This document shows, in pieces, positions 60,861-64,000 of a stretch of DNA of 64,000 bases (its first letter is position 1; every line of letters begins with the position of its first letter). Below the pieces are notes generated by a model that made no database searches, was not told where the DNA came from, and saw only the letters and a program-made list of their open reading frames with translations. Source of the stretch: the human T2T-CHM13v2.0 reference genome, Homo sapiens; NCBI RefSeq assembly GCF_009914755.1, contig NC_060939.1. One strand, 5' to 3'. A program made the translations under genes and the position numbers.

Positions 60861-63800
60861 GAGATATTTCACAATGTCCCCTGTTCTAAAAGCCTGGAAA
60901 TGATTTACATCACCTCGGTGATCAGTGCATAGGTATGTCAGAAATCCCCAGTAGGCTGAACCTAGACAAGGGTTACATCACTTAGGTGATCAGTGTAGAG
61001 ATATGTGAAATTTCCCATGTAGACAGAGCCTAGACAAGTGTTACATCTCCTAGTGATCTGTGCAGGGATAAGTCGTAAAGCCTCTTGTAGGCAGAGTGTA
61101 GACAAGTGTTTCCTCCCTGGGGTGATCAGTGCAGAGATATGTCACAAAGCCCCTGTAAGCAGAACCTTCACAAGGGTTACATCACCTGTTTGATCAGTGG
61201 AAATATATATCACAAAGCCCCCTGTAGGCAAAGACCAGACAATTGTTACATCACCTGGGTGAGCAGTGGAGAAATCTGTCACAATGCCCTTGTAGGCAGA
61301 GCTTAGACAAGGGTTACATCACCTGGGTGATCAGTGCAGAGATATGTCAAAACGCTCCTGTAGGCTGAACCTAGACAGGAGTTACATTACCTGTGTGATC
61401 AGTGCAGAGATATCTGAGAATTCCCGTGTAGGCAGAGACTAGACAAGTGTTACATCACCTAGGTTGTCAGTGCAGGTATAAGTCATAAAGCCTCCTGTAG
61501 GCAGAGCATACACAAGAGTTCCCTCCCCAGGGTGATCAGTGAAGAGATGTGTCACAAAGCCCCTGTAGGCAGAGCCTAGACAAGAGTTTCATCACTTCGT
61601 TGATCAGTTCAAGATATGTCACAATGTCCATGATGCCAGATCTAAGACAAGAGTCCATCACCTGGGTGATCAGTGCAGAGATATGTACCAATGTCCCCTG
61701 TAGGCAGTGCCTAGACAAGAGTTGCATCACCTCAGAGATCAGTGCATAGGTATGTCACAAACCCTTCTTAAGGCAAAGCCCATACAAGGCTTACATCAAC
61801 TAGGTGATCAGTGCAGTGATATGTCACAAAAATCCCTGTAGACAGAGCCTAGAAAAGAGTTACATCACCTGGGTGATCAGTGCAGATATTTGACACAATG
61901 CCCCCATAGACAGAACCTAGACAAGGCTTCAATCTCTTGGGTGATCAATGCAGAGATATGTCACAATACGCCCTCTAGGCAGAGTATAGAGAAGAGTCCC
62001 ATGACCTGGGAGATCAGTGCAGAGATATTTCACAATACTCCTGTAGGCAGACAGTGGACAAGAGTTACATAACCTAGGTGATCTGTGCAGAGCTATGTCA
62101 AAACGCCCCTGTAGGCAGAGCCTAGATAAATGTTACATCTCCTGGGTGATCAGTGCAGACATACGTCACAATACCCCCTGTAGGTGGAGCCTAGACAAGA
62201 GTTACATCACCTGGGTGATCGATGCAGAGATATGTCACAAAGCCCCTGTAGGCAGAGCCTAAACAAGAGTTACATCTCCTGGGTGATCAGTGCAGAAATA
62301 TATCACAAAGCCCCTGTAGGCCGAGCCTAGACAAGAATTACATCTCCTGGGTGATCAGTGCAAACATATGTCACAAAGCCCCCTGTGGACAAATCCCAGA
62401 AAATTGTTACATCACCTGGGTGATCAGTGGAGTTATCTGTCACAATTCCCTTCTAGGCGCAGCTTAGACAAGCGTTACATCACATGAGTGATCAGTGCAG
62501 AGATATGTCACTATGACCCTATAGGCAGATCGAAGACAAGAGTCCATCACCTGGGTGATCAGTGCAGAGATATGTCATAAATACCACAGTAGGCAAAGCC
62601 TAGACAAGTTTTACATCAGCTGGGTGATCATTGCAGAGATATGTCCCAATGTCCCTCTAGGCAGAGCTTAGACAAGAGTCACATCTCCTGGGTGATCAGT
62701 GCAGGGATAAGTCACAATGCCCCAGTAGGCAGAGCCTAGACAAGAGTTACATAACCCGGGTCAACCGTGCAGAGTGATGTCAAAAGGCCCTCAGTAGGCA
62801 GAGCCTAGACAAGAGTTACATAACCCGGGTGATCCGTGCAGAGTGATGTCACAACGACCTCTGTAGGCAGAGACTAGAAAAGAGTTACATCACCTGGGTG
62901 ATCGGTGCAGAGATATTTCTCAACGCCCCCTTTGGGCAGAGGGTAGACAAGAGTTATATCACCTAGGTGATCAGTGCAGAGATTTGTCAAAATTCCCTGT
63001 AGGCAGTGCTTATAAACGTGTTACATCACCTAAGTGATCAGTGCAGAGATATGCCACAAAGCTCCTGTAGGCAGAACTTAGATGAGTTACATCACCTGGG
63101 TGATCAGTGCAAAGTTGTGTCACAAAGCCCCCTATAGGCAAAGCCTAGACAATAGTTACATCACTTGGGTGATCAGTGGTGAGATCTCTCACAATTACCC
63201 TGTAGGCAGCAGAGCTTATACAACCGTTACATCATCTGGGTGATCAGTGCAGAGGTATGTCACAATGCCCCCATAGGCAGATCCAAGACAAGAGTCCATC
63301 ACCTGGGTGATCAGTGCAGAAATATGTCACAATGCCCCCTTAGGCAGAGCCTACACAAAAGCCCCATCACCTGGATGATCAGTGCAGGGTTATGTCACAA
63401 AGTCCCCTTAGGCAGATTCTAGACAAGAGTTACATCACTTGGATGATCAGTGCAGAGATATGTCACAATGCCACTGTAGACAGAGTCTAGACAAGAGTTA
63501 CATGACCTAGGAGATCAGTGCAGAGATACATCGCAATGTCCCTGTAGGCAGAGCCTTGACAAGTGGTACATCACCTGGGTGATCATTGCAGGGATATATC
63601 ACAAAGCACCCTGTAGGCAGATACTAGAAAAAAGTTACAGCACCTGGGTGGTCAGTGCAGAGATATGTCACGATGCCATTGTAGGCAGAGCCTAGGCAAG
63701 AGTTAAATGACCTAGGTGATCAGTGCAGAGATACATCACAATGCCCCTGCAGGCAGAGCCTTGACAAGTGGTATATCACCTGGGTGATCATTGCAGGGAT

Positions 63801-64000
63801 ATGTCACAAAGCACCCTGTGGGCAGATCCTAGAGAAGAGTTATATCACCTGGGTGATCAGTGCAGAGATATGTCACAAGAACCCTGTAGGCAGAGCCTAG
63901 ACAAGTGTTATATCACCTGGGTTATAAGTGCAGTGATATGTCACAATGCCGTGTAGCCAGAGCCTAGACTAAAGTTACAGCACCGAGGAGATCAGTGCAG
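60741..64000 (+). repeat. Beta satellite (68-bp) array 2, runs off the window
   Basis: Same 68-bp unit; the first ~1.1 kb is collinear with the start of array 1 (ORFs 46677/61106 offset 14429). Confidence 0.97.

Overview
Primate (almost certainly human) heterochromatin with no intact gene. 1-45887 is an AT-rich Human Satellite 1A (HSat1A/SAR) array: 42-bp monomers in 378-bp 9-mers, arranged in domains with different super-periods (8265, 3024, and alternating 4748/3992 bp) plus a diverged edge layer at ~40.5-45.9 kb. At ~45886 it joins a truncated LSau/D4Z4 fragment and a pLAM-like segment. Then come a 68-bp beta-satellite array (~46312-57972), a 5'-truncated D4Z4-like unit with a DUX4-like pseudogene (ATG 58771, nonsense at codon 19, frameshift at codon 148, terminal stop lost), a second LSau+pLAM-like segment and a second beta-satellite array running to the window end. 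This arrangement fits an acrocentric short arm (inference). I found no new biological system. The best leads are that pLAM/exon 3 is itself a deleted copy of the DUX 5'UTR and start, that the FSHD poly(A)-signal position carries the ordinary beta-satellite sequence, and that a C-terminal (MQG) ORF remains open. Comparisons with DUX4/D4Z4 use recalled reference sequence and need confirming by alignment.
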